Positions 9,483-19,435 of a DNA stretch of 64,000 bases are shown piece by piece (within the stretch, counting starts at the first letter, position 1; each line of letters opens with the position of its first letter). The notes beneath the pieces were generated by a model. The model saw only the letters and a program-made list of their open reading frames with translations, was not told the DNA's origin and searched no databases. Position numbers and translations under genes: made by a program. The stretch comes from Candidatus Entotheonellaceae bacterium (GTDB lineage Bacteria; Tectomicrobia; Entotheonellia; Entotheonellales; Entotheonellaceae). The stretch lies in contig OZ250173.1 in assembly GCA_965238075.1 (NCBI GenBank), positions 1,568,001-1,632,000 on the forward strand, in the 5' to 3' direction.

Positions 9483-10823
9483 TTACAGTCCTCCTATGAA
9501 ACGCCCGGGATTGAGCCGGCGCTTGGGGTCATACGACGCCTTGAGCGCCTGCATGACGGCAAAGTTGTCGCCCACCGGCCCCCACACCTCGCAGTGCCGC
9601 TTGACGGCTGCCGGCGCCCGCTCGATGACCCGATGGCCGTTGAGACGTGCGACGCGGATGTCGAGGGCGCGTATCTGAGCGAGCAGCAAGTTTTCCGTAC
9701 CGGCGGCGGAAATCTGAACGGATACGATGCCGTTGCCGGCATGGGCGTGCAGCAGCCAGGGCGGGTCGGAAGGCACGCCCTCGACAGCGGCGCAGAAGGC
9801 GGCGAGGTCGGTGATGCGCAGACTGACTTTGGTGGTTATATGGTCAGGCAGGAATGCCTGACTCCCCATGCAGGACCACAGGCGTTGCTGCGCCTCGGGC
9901 GGCCAGTTGTGCGTGGTGGCGGGCGCGCTGAACGACAGCCCGTGCAGGGCCTCTTCGATGCGCTGTTTCTGGCTGTCGGTCACCGCCGCGTCGCCTTCCA
10001 GCCGTGCCAGGAACAGATACGGAGAAGACGGCATAGCCACGCCGCTGCTGTTCTGCAGCATCGCCAGCGCCGTGCTGTTCAGCAATTCCAGGCTGTTGAG
10101 ACGCAAGGGCAACCGCATGAGGGTGTTCAGCAGCGGCTGCATGTCGGCGTGGCCGGCGCAGGCAATTCCCAGGGTCTGCTCGCCGGGCGGCAGGGGGTGA
10201 ACCTTGCAGGTGAGTTCAACGATCACGGCCAACGTACCCAGCGAACCGATGTACAGCTTGACCAGATCGTAACCGGTGACGTTCTTGACCACGCGCCCGC
10301 CCGCCTTGCTGCGGGTGCCGTCGGCGGTGACGACGCTGATGCCGAGCACCGCGTCGCGCGCCGTGCCGTACAGCAGGCGCCGCGGCCCGCTGGCGTTGGT
10401 GGCGATCACCCCGCCGATCGTGGTTGCCGCGGTGGCCGGCGGATCTAGCGCCAAGAACTGGCCCTGCGCCTTCAAAACGCCCTGCAATTCGCCCAGCGGC
10501 ATGCCCGCCTGCACGGTCGTGGTCATGTCGCCGGGTTCATAGGCCAATTGGTGCCGCAGCCGCTCGACGCTCAGCACCACATCCACGCGCTCCGGCGTCC
10601 CGCCCAGCGGCACGTGACTGCCCCCACCGCGCGGAAACACCGTGGCGCCGTGCTCGTCGGCCAGGCGCAAGACATCGGCGACCTGGGCCTCATCTTCGGG
10701 GAGAGCGACGAGACCGGGCAGCACGTCGTCCACGGCGTAGGGGGCCGCGGCGGCGTCCGTGAGCAGGTGATTTTCGCCCACCACGGATTGCAGGGCGGTT
10801 ACCAAAGCGTCAAGCGCGGACAT
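9483..10823 (-). CDS. glcE: Glycolate oxidase-type FAD-binding subunit
   Basis: Start MSALDAL; ATIGGVIATNASGPRRLLYG, GGRVVKNVTGYDL, DPKRRLNPG. Confidence 0.88.
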   Translation of the reverse strand: MSALDALVTALQSVVGENHLLTDAAAAPYAVDDVLPGLVALPEDEAQVADVLRLADEHGATVFPRGGGSHVPLGGTPERVDVVLSVERLRHQLAYEPGDMTTTVQAGMPLGELQGVLKAQGQFLALDPPATAATTIGGVIATNASGPRRLLYGTARDAVLGISVVTADGTRSKAGGRVVKNVTGYDLVKLYIGSLGTLAVIVELTCKVHPLPPGEQTLGIACAGHADMQPLLNTLMRLPLRLNSLELLNSTALAMLQNSSGVAMPSSPYLFLARLEGDAAVTDSQKQRIEEALHGLSFSAPATTHNWPPEAQQRLWSCMGSQAFLPDHITTKVSLRITDLAAFCAAVEGVPSDPPWLLHAHAGNGIVSVQISAAGTENLLLAQIRALDIRVARLNGHRVIERAPAAVKRHCEVWGPVGDNFAVMQALKASYDPKRRLNPGRFIGGL

Positions 10824-12288
10824 GGGCTTCCTGCATCGCCGTGGCCACCGCCTCGCGGGTTTCCTGGTCGGGCGTGTCGTCGCCGGTGACCGCGCCACAA
10901 CGGCAGCGGCCGCGCAGCGGGATGACCTTGCTGGGGTTGCACAACTCCTGCGGGTTGAACACCTGACGCACGCGGCGCATGACGTCGAGGTCGGCCTCGC
11001 TGAACAGCCACGGCATGCAGTTCTTCTTCTCCAGGCCGATGCCGTGCTCGCCGCTCAGTACGCCGCCGAGATCGACGCAGGCCTGCAGGATGTCGTGCCC
11101 GGCCTTGAGGACGCGCTCGACCTCCTCGCTGTCGCGTTCGTCGTACAGCACCAGCGGGTGCAGGTTGCCGTCGCCGGCGTGAAAGACGTTGGCGATGCGC
11201 AAACCGTACCGGTGGCTGATGGCTTGCAGGCGCGTCAGGGCTTCGGGCAAGCGGGTACGGGGGATGACGCCGTCGTGGGTGTAGTAGTTGGGCGTCAGGC
11301 GTCCGATGGCACCGAACGCCTCCTTGCGGCCCTTCCACAGCAGGGCGCGCTCAGCGTCGTCCTGAGCGACACGCACGGCCTGACAATCGTTCTGCTGGCA
11401 GATGTCGGAAATGCGCTGCGCGTCGGTTTCCATGCCGTCCTCGATGCCGTCGAGCTCGATGAGCAGAAGGGCGCCGGCGTCCAGCGGCAGGCCGGCCTGG
11501 ATGGCGGCTTCCACCGCCTGGATGGTCAGATTGTCCATCATTTCCAGGGCGGCGGGAATGATGCCGGCGCCAATGATGCCGCTCACCGCGTTGCTGGCCG
11601 CCTCGACGGTTTCGAAGAAGGCCAGCAGCGTTTTGACCGCCTGCGGCTTGCGCATAATTCGCACGGTGACGCTGGTGATGATGCCGAAAGTGCCTTCGGA
11701 GCCGACGAACAGGCCGGTGAGGTCATAGCCGGGGGTGTCGAGAACCGCGCCGCCGAAATGCACCAGGTCGCCGTTTGGCAGCACGACTTCCAGGCCCAGC
11801 ACGTGGTTGGTGGTGACGCCGTACTTGAGGGTGTGCGGGCCGCCGGAGTTTTCCGCCACGTTGCCGCCGATGGTGCACGAACCCTGGCTCGACGGGTCCG
11901 GCGCGTAGTAGAAGCCGGCGTCGGACACGGCCAGCGACAGGTGCAGGTTCACCAGGCCCGGCTGCACCACGGCGCGCTGGTTGCCGTAATCGATTTCCAG
12001 GATTTTGTTCATGCGGCACATCTCGATGACGATGCCGCCCTCGAGCGCCAGGGCGCCGCCGCTCAGCCCGGTGCCGGCGCCGCGCGCCACGAACGGGATG
12101 TCGTGCCGACTGGCCAGCTTGACGATGTCCATCACCTGCTCGGTGTTGGTCGGGAAGACGACCACGTCGGGCGGCGCTTTGTCGAGCGTATGGCCATCGC
12201 ACTCGTACACCAGCATGTCCTCCGGCAGGGTCAGCAACGGCTGCGGCGCGACGATGGCGGCGAGTTCCTGTAAAACCGATTGTTCCAT
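10810..12288 (-). CDS. glcD: Glycolate oxidase-type FAD-linked subunit
   Basis: Start MEQSVLQ; RGAGTGLSGGA, APDPSSQ..CTIGGNVAENSGG, HAGDGNLHP, GEHGIG. Confidence 0.92.
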   Translation of the reverse strand: MEQSVLQELAAIVAPQPLLTLPEDMLVYECDGHTLDKAPPDVVVFPTNTEQVMDIVKLASRHDIPFVARGAGTGLSGGALALEGGIVIEMCRMNKILEIDYGNQRAVVQPGLVNLHLSLAVSDAGFYYAPDPSSQGSCTIGGNVAENSGGPHTLKYGVTTNHVLGLEVVLPNGDLVHFGGAVLDTPGYDLTGLFVGSEGTFGIITSVTVRIMRKPQAVKTLLAFFETVEAASNAVSGIIGAGIIPAALEMMDNLTIQAVEAAIQAGLPLDAGALLLIELDGIEDGMETDAQRISDICQQNDCQAVRVAQDDAERALLWKGRKEAFGAIGRLTPNYYTHDGVIPRTRLPEALTRLQAISHRYGLRIANVFHAGDGNLHPLVLYDERDSEEVERVLKAGHDILQACVDLGGVLSGEHGIGLEKKNCMPWLFSEADLDVMRRVRQVFNPQELCNPSKVIPLRGRCRCGAVTGDDTPDQETREAVATAMQEAHVRA

Positions 12289-12480
12289 GGCGTATCTCCC
12301 TGCCAAATGCCGCAGGGCGGCTGGGTTGGAAGGCTCCGTGGCTGCAAGGAGTGCAATCATAGGATAGAAGGGGGTGAAGGGTCAATTGCGACGCCGGCTT
12401 CGTTGCCACGCGCCGCGGGGCTGTGTCATGATTCAGCGTTCACCCGATGTTCCCAGATTTCAGAAGGCGGAGAATTCACC

Positions 12481-14262
12481 ATGCGCATGAGCCGATTGTT
12501 CAGCCAGACGCTGCGAGACGTGCCCGGCGAAGCCGAGCTGCCGAGTCATCAACTGCTGCTCAAGGCCGGTCTGGTGCGACCCCTGTCGGCGGGCAGCTAC
12601 AGCTATTTGCCCCTGGCGCGCCGGGCCCTCACGAAGATCGAGAACATCATCCGCGACGAGATCGATGCCATCGGCGGCCAGGAGATCACCATGCCGGTGG
12701 TGCATCCGGCGTCGCTGTGGCAGGAGACGGGGCGGTGGTATCAAGTCGGGCCGGAAATGGCACGGTTCAAGGACCGGGCCGAACGCGACATGGTACTGGG
12801 CATGACGCATGAGGAAGTGATCGCCGATCTGGTGCGGCAGGAGGTGCGCTCGTACCGACAGTTACCGTGCCTGCTGTACCAGATCCAGACGAAGTACCGC
12901 GACGAGCCGCGGGCGCGCGGCGGGCTGATTCGCGTGCGCGAGTTCACCATGAAGGACAGCTACAGCCTGGATGCCGACTGGGAGGGCCTGGACGCGCAGT
13001 ACCGGGCGCATTATCAAGCGTACTTCAACATTTTCCAGCGCTGTCACCTGCCGGTGATCGCGGTGCGCTCGGACGTGGGCATGATGGGCGGCCAGATGGC
13101 GCACGAATACATGTATCTCAATCCCATCGGCGAGGACACTCTGGTGCTGTGCGACGGCTGCGGCTACGCGGCGAATCGTCAGGTGGCGGCGGTGCGGCTG
13201 CCGGCGGCCGAGGCGGAGGAGGCGTTGCCGAGCGAGGCGGTGGCAACACCGGACACGGCGACAATCCAAGCTCTGGCCGAGCTTCTGCAAGTGCCGACGG
13301 CCCGCACCGCCAAGGCCGTTTTCTTCATGGCTACGATTGCCGGCGGGGAAGCCGGGGAAGACCGGGAGCGGTTCGTGTTTGCCGTGGTGCGCGGCGACAG
13401 CGAGCTGAACGAGACGAAGCTCACAAACGCCATCGGCGCGCGCGACCTGCGGCCGGCGCGCGAGGAGGAGATTCGCGCCGTTGGGGCGGAGCCGGGATAC
13501 GCCTCGCCGGTCGGGCTGCGGGGGGACGACGTGCTGGTGGTGGTGGACGAGTTGATCCCCCAGTCGCCCAACCTGGTCGCCGGCGCCAACAAGCCCGGCT
13601 ATCACCTGCGGCACACCAACTACGGACGCGACTACACCGCCGAGCACGTGGCGGACCTCGTGCTGGCGCGCGATGGTGGCGCCTGCGCACAGTGTGGCGG
13701 GACGCTGCGCACCTCGCGCGGCGTCGAGGTTGGCAACATTTTCAAGCTGGGAACGCGCTACACCGAGGCGCTGGGGGCCGTGTTCCTGGACAGCGACGGC
13801 AGCAGCAAGCCGGTCATCATGGGCTCGTACGGCATCGGCAGCGGGCGGCTGTTGTCCTGCGTCATCGAGGAACACCATGACGAGCGCGGCATCCGATTCC
13901 CGATCAGCGTGGCGCCGTACCACGTGTCGTGCGTGGCGCTGTTGCAACGGGCGCCGGAAGTCGCTGAGGCCGCGGAAAGACTGTACCAAGAGGCATGGTC
14001 GCAAGGTGTGGAGATGCTGCTGGACGACCGCGACGCCACGCCGGGCGTGAAATTCAACGATGCGGACCTCATTGGCCTGCCGCTGCGCCTCACCCTCGGG
14101 GCACGCTCGCTGCGCCAGGGCGGCGCGGAACTGAAACTGCGCAACAGCGAGGAGAGCCGCATCGTGCCGCTGGACCAAGTGGTGCCCACGCTGCGGGCTG
14201 AGGTGGACCGCCTGCTGGCGGAAAGCCGGGGGCGGGTGTCAACGGTGCCGTATGCGGATTAG
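12481..14262 (+). CDS. proS: Proline--tRNA ligase (bacterial type with editing domain)
   Basis: MRMSRLF, THEE, RDEPRARGGLIRVREFTMKDSYS, EVGNIFKLG, MGSYGIG. Confidence 0.97.
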   Translation: MRMSRLFSQTLRDVPGEAELPSHQLLLKAGLVRPLSAGSYSYLPLARRALTKIENIIRDEIDAIGGQEITMPVVHPASLWQETGRWYQVGPEMARFKDRAERDMVLGMTHEEVIADLVRQEVRSYRQLPCLLYQIQTKYRDEPRARGGLIRVREFTMKDSYSLDADWEGLDAQYRAHYQAYFNIFQRCHLPVIAVRSDVGMMGGQMAHEYMYLNPIGEDTLVLCDGCGYAANRQVAAVRLPAAEAEEALPSEAVATPDTATIQALAELLQVPTARTAKAVFFMATIAGGEAGEDRERFVFAVVRGDSELNETKLTNAIGARDLRPAREEEIRAVGAEPGYASPVGLRGDDVLVVVDELIPQSPNLVAGANKPGYHLRHTNYGRDYTAEHVADLVLARDGGACAQCGGTLRTSRGVEVGNIFKLGTRYTEALGAVFLDSDGSSKPVIMGSYGIGSGRLLSCVIEEHHDERGIRFPISVAPYHVSCVALLQRAPEVAEAAERLYQEAWSQGVEMLLDDRDATPGVKFNDADLIGLPLRLTLGARSLRQGGAELKLRNSEESRIVPLDQVVPTLRAEVDRLLAESRGRVSTVPYAD

Positions 14263-14348
14263 GGAAGGGCTGAACAATCCGCCACAATGCCGATATTGTC
14301 CTATTGTTCATTACCATGAACATAGCCTGCGCAACGCCCCCGACCGTC

Positions 14349-14642
14349 GTAGGAGCACCCCTTGTGGGTGCCCATGGTCCCGTGCAGGCGGGCATCCACA
14401 GGGCGGGCACGAGGCCCGCCTGGGGGAAACATGTAACCCCCCAACCCCCCTTGTCAGGGGGACGGCGGTCGCTCCGGGAGCCATTTTCAGGGCTCCTGAT
14501 GTGGCCTTGGCGAGGCCATAGGAAATTCCCATGAAAATAGGCCGCCCAAAGCCCACATAATCATCATTCCGGCGAAAGCCGGAACCCAGCGACCGTTGTA
14601 CGATCAAAAATCTTCTGGAGCCCGGCTTCCGCCGGGGTGACG
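14349..14642. repeat. Mosaic of REP-like palindromes
   Basis: GTAGGAGCACCC-cttgt-GGGTGCCC (14349), gggcgggc..gcccgcc (14401), CCCCCCAACCCCCCTT..AGGGGG (14435), ATTTTCA..TGAAAAT (14488-14538), inverted pair CATCATTCCGGCGAAAGCCGGAACCCAG/CTGGAGCCCGGC..GGTGACG (14562-14642). Confidence 0.7.
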
Positions 14643-14692
14643 GGCGTTTGTCAGGCAGGCGATGAGAAGCGGCGGGCTGAATCGGACTTTCC

Positions 14693-15220
14693 TTAGCGCG
14701 TTGGCTCGTTCTCGGGTTCGACGGGGCGCTGGCGGCGCAGGTAGTCGTTGAATGTCCGTTGCAGGTCCGACGGCAGCAGGTCGTCGACGCCTTCCAGGCC
14801 GAGGGTGTGTTCGAATTTGACCAGCGCTTCCTCATGCTTGCCGAGGCGGGCCAAAGCGGCCCCCCAGTTGTAGAGGGCAGCGACGTTGTCCGGTTCCAGT
14901 GCCAGGACCTGCTGGAAATGGCCCAGGGCTTCCAGCGGCCGGCCGCCGCGCGACAGGCTGGCGCCCCAGTTAATCCTGGCCTTCAGGCGCTGCGGGTCGG
15001 CGTTGGCAACGCGGGCGAAATGCCCGGCGGCTTCGTCGTAGCGCCCGGCCAGATAAGCCGCCCGGCCGTCCTGATAAACCTGCTCCAGTTGCTCCGCATC
15101 CTGCACGTTGAGCGGTACTGGCTGCTCGTCCTTGGATGCGCAGGCCGCCAGCATCGCCACAAGGGCCAGGAGCGCGGCCCATTTCGCACACCAACCCGTT
15201 CTTGCACCTCCCCTACACAT
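14693..15220 (-). CDS. TPR-repeat lipoprotein
   Basis: Signal peptide with lipobox MLAAC; about 3 TPR motifs (NWGASL..G...EA, YNWGAALARLG..EEA); start uncertain. Confidence 0.75.
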   Translation of the reverse strand: MCRGGARTGWCAKWAALLALVAMLAACASKDEQPVPLNVQDAEQLEQVYQDGRAAYLAGRYDEAAGHFARVANADPQRLKARINWGASLSRGGRPLEALGHFQQVLALEPDNVAALYNWGAALARLGKHEEALVKFEHTLGLEGVDDLLPSDLQRTFNDYLRRQRPVEPENEPTR

Positions 15221-16505
15221 AGTGCACCGTGCCGAACCGCTGACGCAGGGCGTGTACGGCGTCCTTGACGGCTTTGTTGTAGATGGCGTCGGCAATCAGC
15301 CCGGCGAGGTCCTGCATATCCGCCTCGCGCATGCCGTAACGGGTCATTTCCTGCACGCCGATGCGCAGGCCGGAAGGGTTGCGCGGCTCCGTGTCAGTGG
15401 GCAGCAGGTTGTAATTGACGATGATGTCATTGGCCTCCAGGCGCTGCGCCACGGCCACACCGCCGCCGTGCGACGCCACGTTGACGGCGAGCTGGTGGCT
15501 CCGGGTATAGCCGAACTCACGCGCTTCCACGGCAATGCCGGCGTCGTCCAGGGCGCGCCCGAGGGCCTGGGCATTGGCGACGACCTGGGCAGCATAGGCG
15601 GGCGCGTGCTGTTTCATCTCGCGGATGGCGACGAGCAGGCCCGGCAGGCTGTGCAGGTGGTGATTGCTGGAGGAGCCGGGGAAAACGCCGCGATTGGCCG
15701 CCGGCCAGTAGCGCTTCTCGTCAGCCTCGTCGAGATCGGCGAGGATGATGCCGCGCTGCGGGCCGGGAAAGGTTTTGTGCGTGCTGGCGGTAACCCAAGT
15801 GGCGCCCTCTCGCCAGGGATCCTGGAACTGGCCGCCGAGGATCAAGCCGAGCACGTGGGCGGCGTCGTACAGGATGGGGATGCCTTTGTCCCGGCACAGG
15901 GCGGCGAGCTCGCGCACCGGCTCGGGAAACAGAAAGAGGCTCTTGCCCAGCACCACCAGGCGCGGCGCGGCGCGCTCAATGAGATCGAGGCTTTGCGGCA
16001 CGTCGACGTGGTAGTGGTCTTCGCTAAGCGGCAGATAGCTCAGGGGGATGGCCTGCGCCGATTCGAGGTTCAGGGAGGCGCCGCGCGTCTGGATGCGCCT
16101 GCCGAAGACGCCGATGGTGTTGTGGCTGATGTGGCCGCCGGCAGGTGTCGAGTTGACGACGACGGGGTCGCCGGCGCGCAGGTAGCCGAGGGCGATGGCG
16201 GTATTGGCGGCATTGCCGCTGATGGGCCGCACGTCCGCCTGACGGCAGCGGGCCAGCGCCAGCAATTCCGCCCGCGCCATGGTTTCAAGGCAGTCGATGT
16301 ATTGGGTGCCCTGGTAATAGCGGTTGACCTGATCGCCCTGGTTGGGGTGCCCCTCGGCATAGCGGGCCATGAAATCCGAGTTCTGGATGTCGCGCACCGC
16401 CGCGCTCTGGACGTTCTCACTGGCGATGAGGTTGATCGTCTGCCGCTGGCGCCAGTCGTCCTGAGACGCCACGAGGCTGCGGATATCGCTGATGTCGACC
16501 GGCAT
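15213..16505 (-). CDS. glyA: Serine hydroxymethyltransferase (archaeal-like subtype)
   Basis: INLIASEN, RYAEG, RYYQG, GGHISH, YDAAHVLGLI, STHKTFPGPQRG, PSGLRIG. Confidence 0.9.
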   Translation of the reverse strand: MPVDISDIRSLVASQDDWRQRQTINLIASENVQSAAVRDIQNSDFMARYAEGHPNQGDQVNRYYQGTQYIDCLETMARAELLALARCRQADVRPISGNAANTAIALGYLRAGDPVVVNSTPAGGHISHNTIGVFGRRIQTRGASLNLESAQAIPLSYLPLSEDHYHVDVPQSLDLIERAAPRLVVLGKSLFLFPEPVRELAALCRDKGIPILYDAAHVLGLILGGQFQDPWREGATWVTASTHKTFPGPQRGIILADLDEADEKRYWPAANRGVFPGSSSNHHLHSLPGLLVAIREMKQHAPAYAAQVVANAQALGRALDDAGIAVEAREFGYTRSHQLAVNVASHGGGVAVAQRLEANDIIVNYNLLPTDTEPRNPSGLRIGVQEMTRYGMREADMQDLAGLIADAIYNKAVKDAVHALRQRFGTVHYV

Positions 16506-16529
16506 GCGGGATTCCTCCTCATAAAGGCA

Positions 16530-16797
16530 GTGGATAGCGACGAGCGGTTAGTGGACAGTGATGAAAAGCAGTTCCCCGACCACTAGAGCACTTTCGGATC
16601 AAGACGGCTTGCATCTGGGACGCGTCTCACCTCGGCTTTCCCCCTCACCCCAACCCTCTCCCTCCAGGGGAGAGGGAGCAGCAATCCCCTCCCCCCTCCG
16701 CGGGGGAGGGTCAGGGAGAGGGGGAGTATAGGCCGGCGGATATCTTCCTGATGCAATCAGATACGGAAATGCACTAGCCACTGTTAACTGACCACTG
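16530..16797. repeat. Heptamer-based (AGTGGYT/ACCACT) inverted repeat hosting a MITE
   Basis: agtggatagcgacgagcggttagtggacagtgatgaaaagcagttccccgaccacTA[MITE]TAgccactgttaactgaccactg; related copies at 52890-52927 and 56295-56339. Confidence 0.55.
16584..16776 (+). mobile_element. MITE (~190 bp, TA target duplication)
   Basis: Terminal IRs ctagagcactttcggatc / gatacggaaatgcactag; internal CCCTCACCCCAACCCTCTCC..GGGAGAGGG hairpins; homologous to 40447-40648. Confidence 0.8.
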
Positions 16798-16800
16798 TTT

Positions 16801-18420
16801 TCAATGCGGTTCCGTGGTGGACGGCGGCTTGCCGGTCACCTCAACGAAGACGCGCACGAAGCGGGTGCCGTCGCTCATGGTTATTTCGTTGGTGAGACGC
16901 CGTGCCGCCTCTTGCAGGAAAGCCGCCGAAAAGTCGAAGGCGCTGACCGTGACATAGCTCTCGCGGTCGTGGGTGGTGACGCCGCGAATGACCCAGGCGT
17001 AGCCGTAAACGCGGTCATCGCCCATCAGGCCGCAGGAGGCCAGGGGAGCGAGGGCCAGGTAGTACTGCGTTGGGCGCTGCTGCGGCTCGGGGTAATGCTG
17101 GCACACCAGTTCTTCGAAAATGCGTGTGCCGCGGCGCAGGGCATCGACTTTCGAGCGCGTCACGGGTCCCCACATACGGATGGCCAAACCTGGGCCGGGT
17201 GAGGGCTGGCGGTGCACGACCTCCTCGGGCAGGCCGAGATAGGCGGCGAGCTGGCGGATTTCAAACTTGAACAGGCCGGCGATGGGCTCAATGACCTGCA
17301 CATCGAGCTGGGCCGGCAAGCCGCCGACGTTGTGGTGCGCCTTCAGGTTGGTAATCGATTCGATGATGTCGGCGTAGTTGGTGCCCTGCACGAGGGCGAC
17401 CGGCTGGCGGCCCTGCTGGCGGGCGTGGCGCACGAAGGTGTCGATGAAACGCGCGCCGATGGTCCGCCGCACTTGGTCGTAGTAGTGCGCCTCGCCCTGT
17501 GGGTCGGGGCCGGTATAAGGCAGTGCCTCGATGTCGGGCAGAAAGTCGTCGGTGGCCTCGACGTACGAGATGCCCGCATCGCCGAACACCTGCCGCACCT
17601 CGGCCAGCTCGCCTTGACGCAGAAAGCCGGTGTCCACGCAAGTGGCGCGCAGGCGCGCTCCGTAGGCGCGCTGGGCGAGCTTGAAGGCGACGGCGGAATC
17701 CACGCCGCCGGACAGCCCCAGTTCCACGTCGCCGTGCGGCGCGGCCTGGCGCAGCCAGTCGGTGCATGTATCGACGTACGTGGCCAGATCGTACGTGTAG
17801 TCGCGCTCGCAGCCGGCGAGGGTGAAGGCGACATGCGCCAGGAAGGCGTCGCCGTTCTCGGTGTGATCGACCTCCGGGTGGAACACCACGGCGTACACGT
17901 CGTCGGCGCCGACCAGGGCGTGCCGGCAATGAGCGGTACTGCCCAGGACCTTCCAACCGGCGGGCAAGACGGTGATCTCGTCGCTGTGGTTCATCACCAC
18001 CGTGCCGCCGGCGTATTCGCCGAAGGGCGCCGCGACGTCGACCTGCACTTCCCCGAACTCCGGCACCGCCGCCGACGCCACCGTGCCGCCCAGCTTGGCG
18101 GCCAGGAGTTGGGCGCCGTAGCAGATGCCCAGAACCACGCCGCCTTGGCGCAGCGCCGTCAGGTCGGCGTCGGCGATGGTGGGAGCGCCAGGGTTACCGA
18201 TGCGATCATCGCCGCCGGAAAGGATCGTCAGCTTGGCGCCGTAGCCGGCGGCGACCGCCTCCGGCACCTCGGCGGCGTGAATGACGCGGCTGCGCACGCC
18301 GATCTGGCGCAGCTGCTGGGCGATCATCGGCGTCGATTTCGAGCCGAAATGCACGATCAGGACCTGGGCGTCGTCCCGCGTGCCCCAGGCAAAACGTTGG
18401 ATGCGATTTCCGTCCGGCAT
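16801..18420 (-). CDS. guaA: Glutamine-hydrolysing GMP synthase (divergent)
   Basis: GICYGAQ and FHPEV (GATase triad), LSGGVDS (PP-loop), HHNVGGLP, PSPGPGLAIR, KPPSTTE; RBS before MPDGN. Confidence 0.8.
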   Translation of the reverse strand: MPDGNRIQRFAWGTRDDAQVLIVHFGSKSTPMIAQQLRQIGVRSRVIHAAEVPEAVAAGYGAKLTILSGGDDRIGNPGAPTIADADLTALRQGGVVLGICYGAQLLAAKLGGTVASAAVPEFGEVQVDVAAPFGEYAGGTVVMNHSDEITVLPAGWKVLGSTAHCRHALVGADDVYAVVFHPEVDHTENGDAFLAHVAFTLAGCERDYTYDLATYVDTCTDWLRQAAPHGDVELGLSGGVDSAVAFKLAQRAYGARLRATCVDTGFLRQGELAEVRQVFGDAGISYVEATDDFLPDIEALPYTGPDPQGEAHYYDQVRRTIGARFIDTFVRHARQQGRQPVALVQGTNYADIIESITNLKAHHNVGGLPAQLDVQVIEPIAGLFKFEIRQLAAYLGLPEEVVHRQPSPGPGLAIRMWGPVTRSKVDALRRGTRIFEELVCQHYPEPQQRPTQYYLALAPLASCGLMGDDRVYGYAWVIRGVTTHDRESYVTVSAFDFSAAFLQEAARRLTNEITMSDGTRFVRVFVEVTGKPPSTTEPH

Positions 18421-18449
18421 GATCTCCGACCTTACGGTTTGGCTCAGCA

Positions 18450-18490
18450 TACTCCCTCTCCTCTGGTGGGAGAGGGTTGGGGTGAGGGGA
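18450..18490 (-). repeat. Isolated internal hairpin of the MITE family
   Basis: tactccctctcctctggtgggagagggttggggtgagggga matches 40568-40608. Confidence 0.75.
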
Positions 18491-18640
18491 TTTTTATTTC
18501 TCTTGGCACGCCGCGGCTACCATCATATGATCATCATACAAAGAGCCTGAGGGTGCTGTCTATGGAAGGTGCGAGGCGCCCCGAAGCGTCGGCGGTTCCC
18601 GGCGACGTGAATGCTTCCATGAGCGGATAAAGGAAACGTG

Positions 18641-18949
18641 ATGGCGGAAACCCGTGCCATAATGCGAGAAATCTCACCGAAATTGGCGGACCTGACCGCG
18701 GACGTGCTGTTTGGCGACGTTTGGGAACAGCCCGATCTGTCGAAACGCGACCGCAGCCTGATTACCGTGGCGACACTGACGGCGCTGTACCGCACCGATC
18801 AGTTGCGCGGCCACATCCGGCGGGCGCTGGACAACGGGGTGACGAAGGCCGAGATCAGCGCCGTGATTACCCACATGGCCTTCTACGCCGGCTGGCCCAC
18901 CGCGGCCAACGCGGTGCGGGTGGCCAAAGAGGTGTTCGATTCGGAATAG
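18641..18949 (+). CDS. Carboxymuconolactone decarboxylase family protein
   Basis: LFGDVW..PDLSKRDRSLITVA, HIRRALDNGVT..EI...ITHMAFYAGWP. Confidence 0.9.
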   Translation: MAETRAIMREISPKLADLTADVLFGDVWEQPDLSKRDRSLITVATLTALYRTDQLRGHIRRALDNGVTKAEISAVITHMAFYAGWPTAANAVRVAKEVFDSE

Positions 18950-18972
18950 CCAGGGACGCCGGAGGGGCCGGC

Positions 18973-19425
18973 TTGGCGTCACGGCCGGGAACCTATGCCC
19001 TGGTCCTCGCCTCGACTGAAACCCGCTGCCAGCGCATCGGGCGGCTTGGCGACCTGGCGCTGCGGCCCGGCTGGTACGTTTACGTCGGCAGCGCCTTCGG
19101 CCCCGGCGGCGTTCACGCGCGGCTGGCGCATCACCGCAAGCGGGCAGTGCGGCCGCACTGGCACATCGACCATCTACGTCTGCACACCCAACTGGAGCGC
19201 GTGTGGTTCACGCACGACTCGATCCGCCGGGAGCATCAGTGGGCGCAGGTGATGCAGCGATTGCCGGGTGCCGAGATGCCGCTCTCCGGTTTCGGGTCCT
19301 CGGACTGCGCGTGCGCGTCGCACTTGGTTCGCTTTGCTCGCCGACCGTCCTTTCGCCGCTTCCAGCGTGAAATCCGTTCTGTGTCCCCGGAGCACGCCCC
19401 CATTCGCTCGACCGTTACCGCATAG
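18973..19425 (+). CDS. DUF123 GIY-YIG nuclease family protein
   Basis: TTG start after GGAGGGG; GTYAL..GWYVYVGSA.GPGG..ARL..H, HWHIDHL, GFGSSDCACASHL. Confidence 0.8.
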   Translation: MASRPGTYALVLASTETRCQRIGRLGDLALRPGWYVYVGSAFGPGGVHARLAHHRKRAVRPHWHIDHLRLHTQLERVWFTHDSIRREHQWAQVMQRLPGAEMPLSGFGSSDCACASHLVRFARRPSFRRFQREIRSVSPEHAPIRSTVTA

Positions 19426-19435
19426 AAAGGTTGTC

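Noticed and set aside
16599-16781. Small ORF with PSPLEGEGWGEG (similar peptides near 40600 and at 43179)
   Set aside because: Translation of the MITE hairpins, not a gene.
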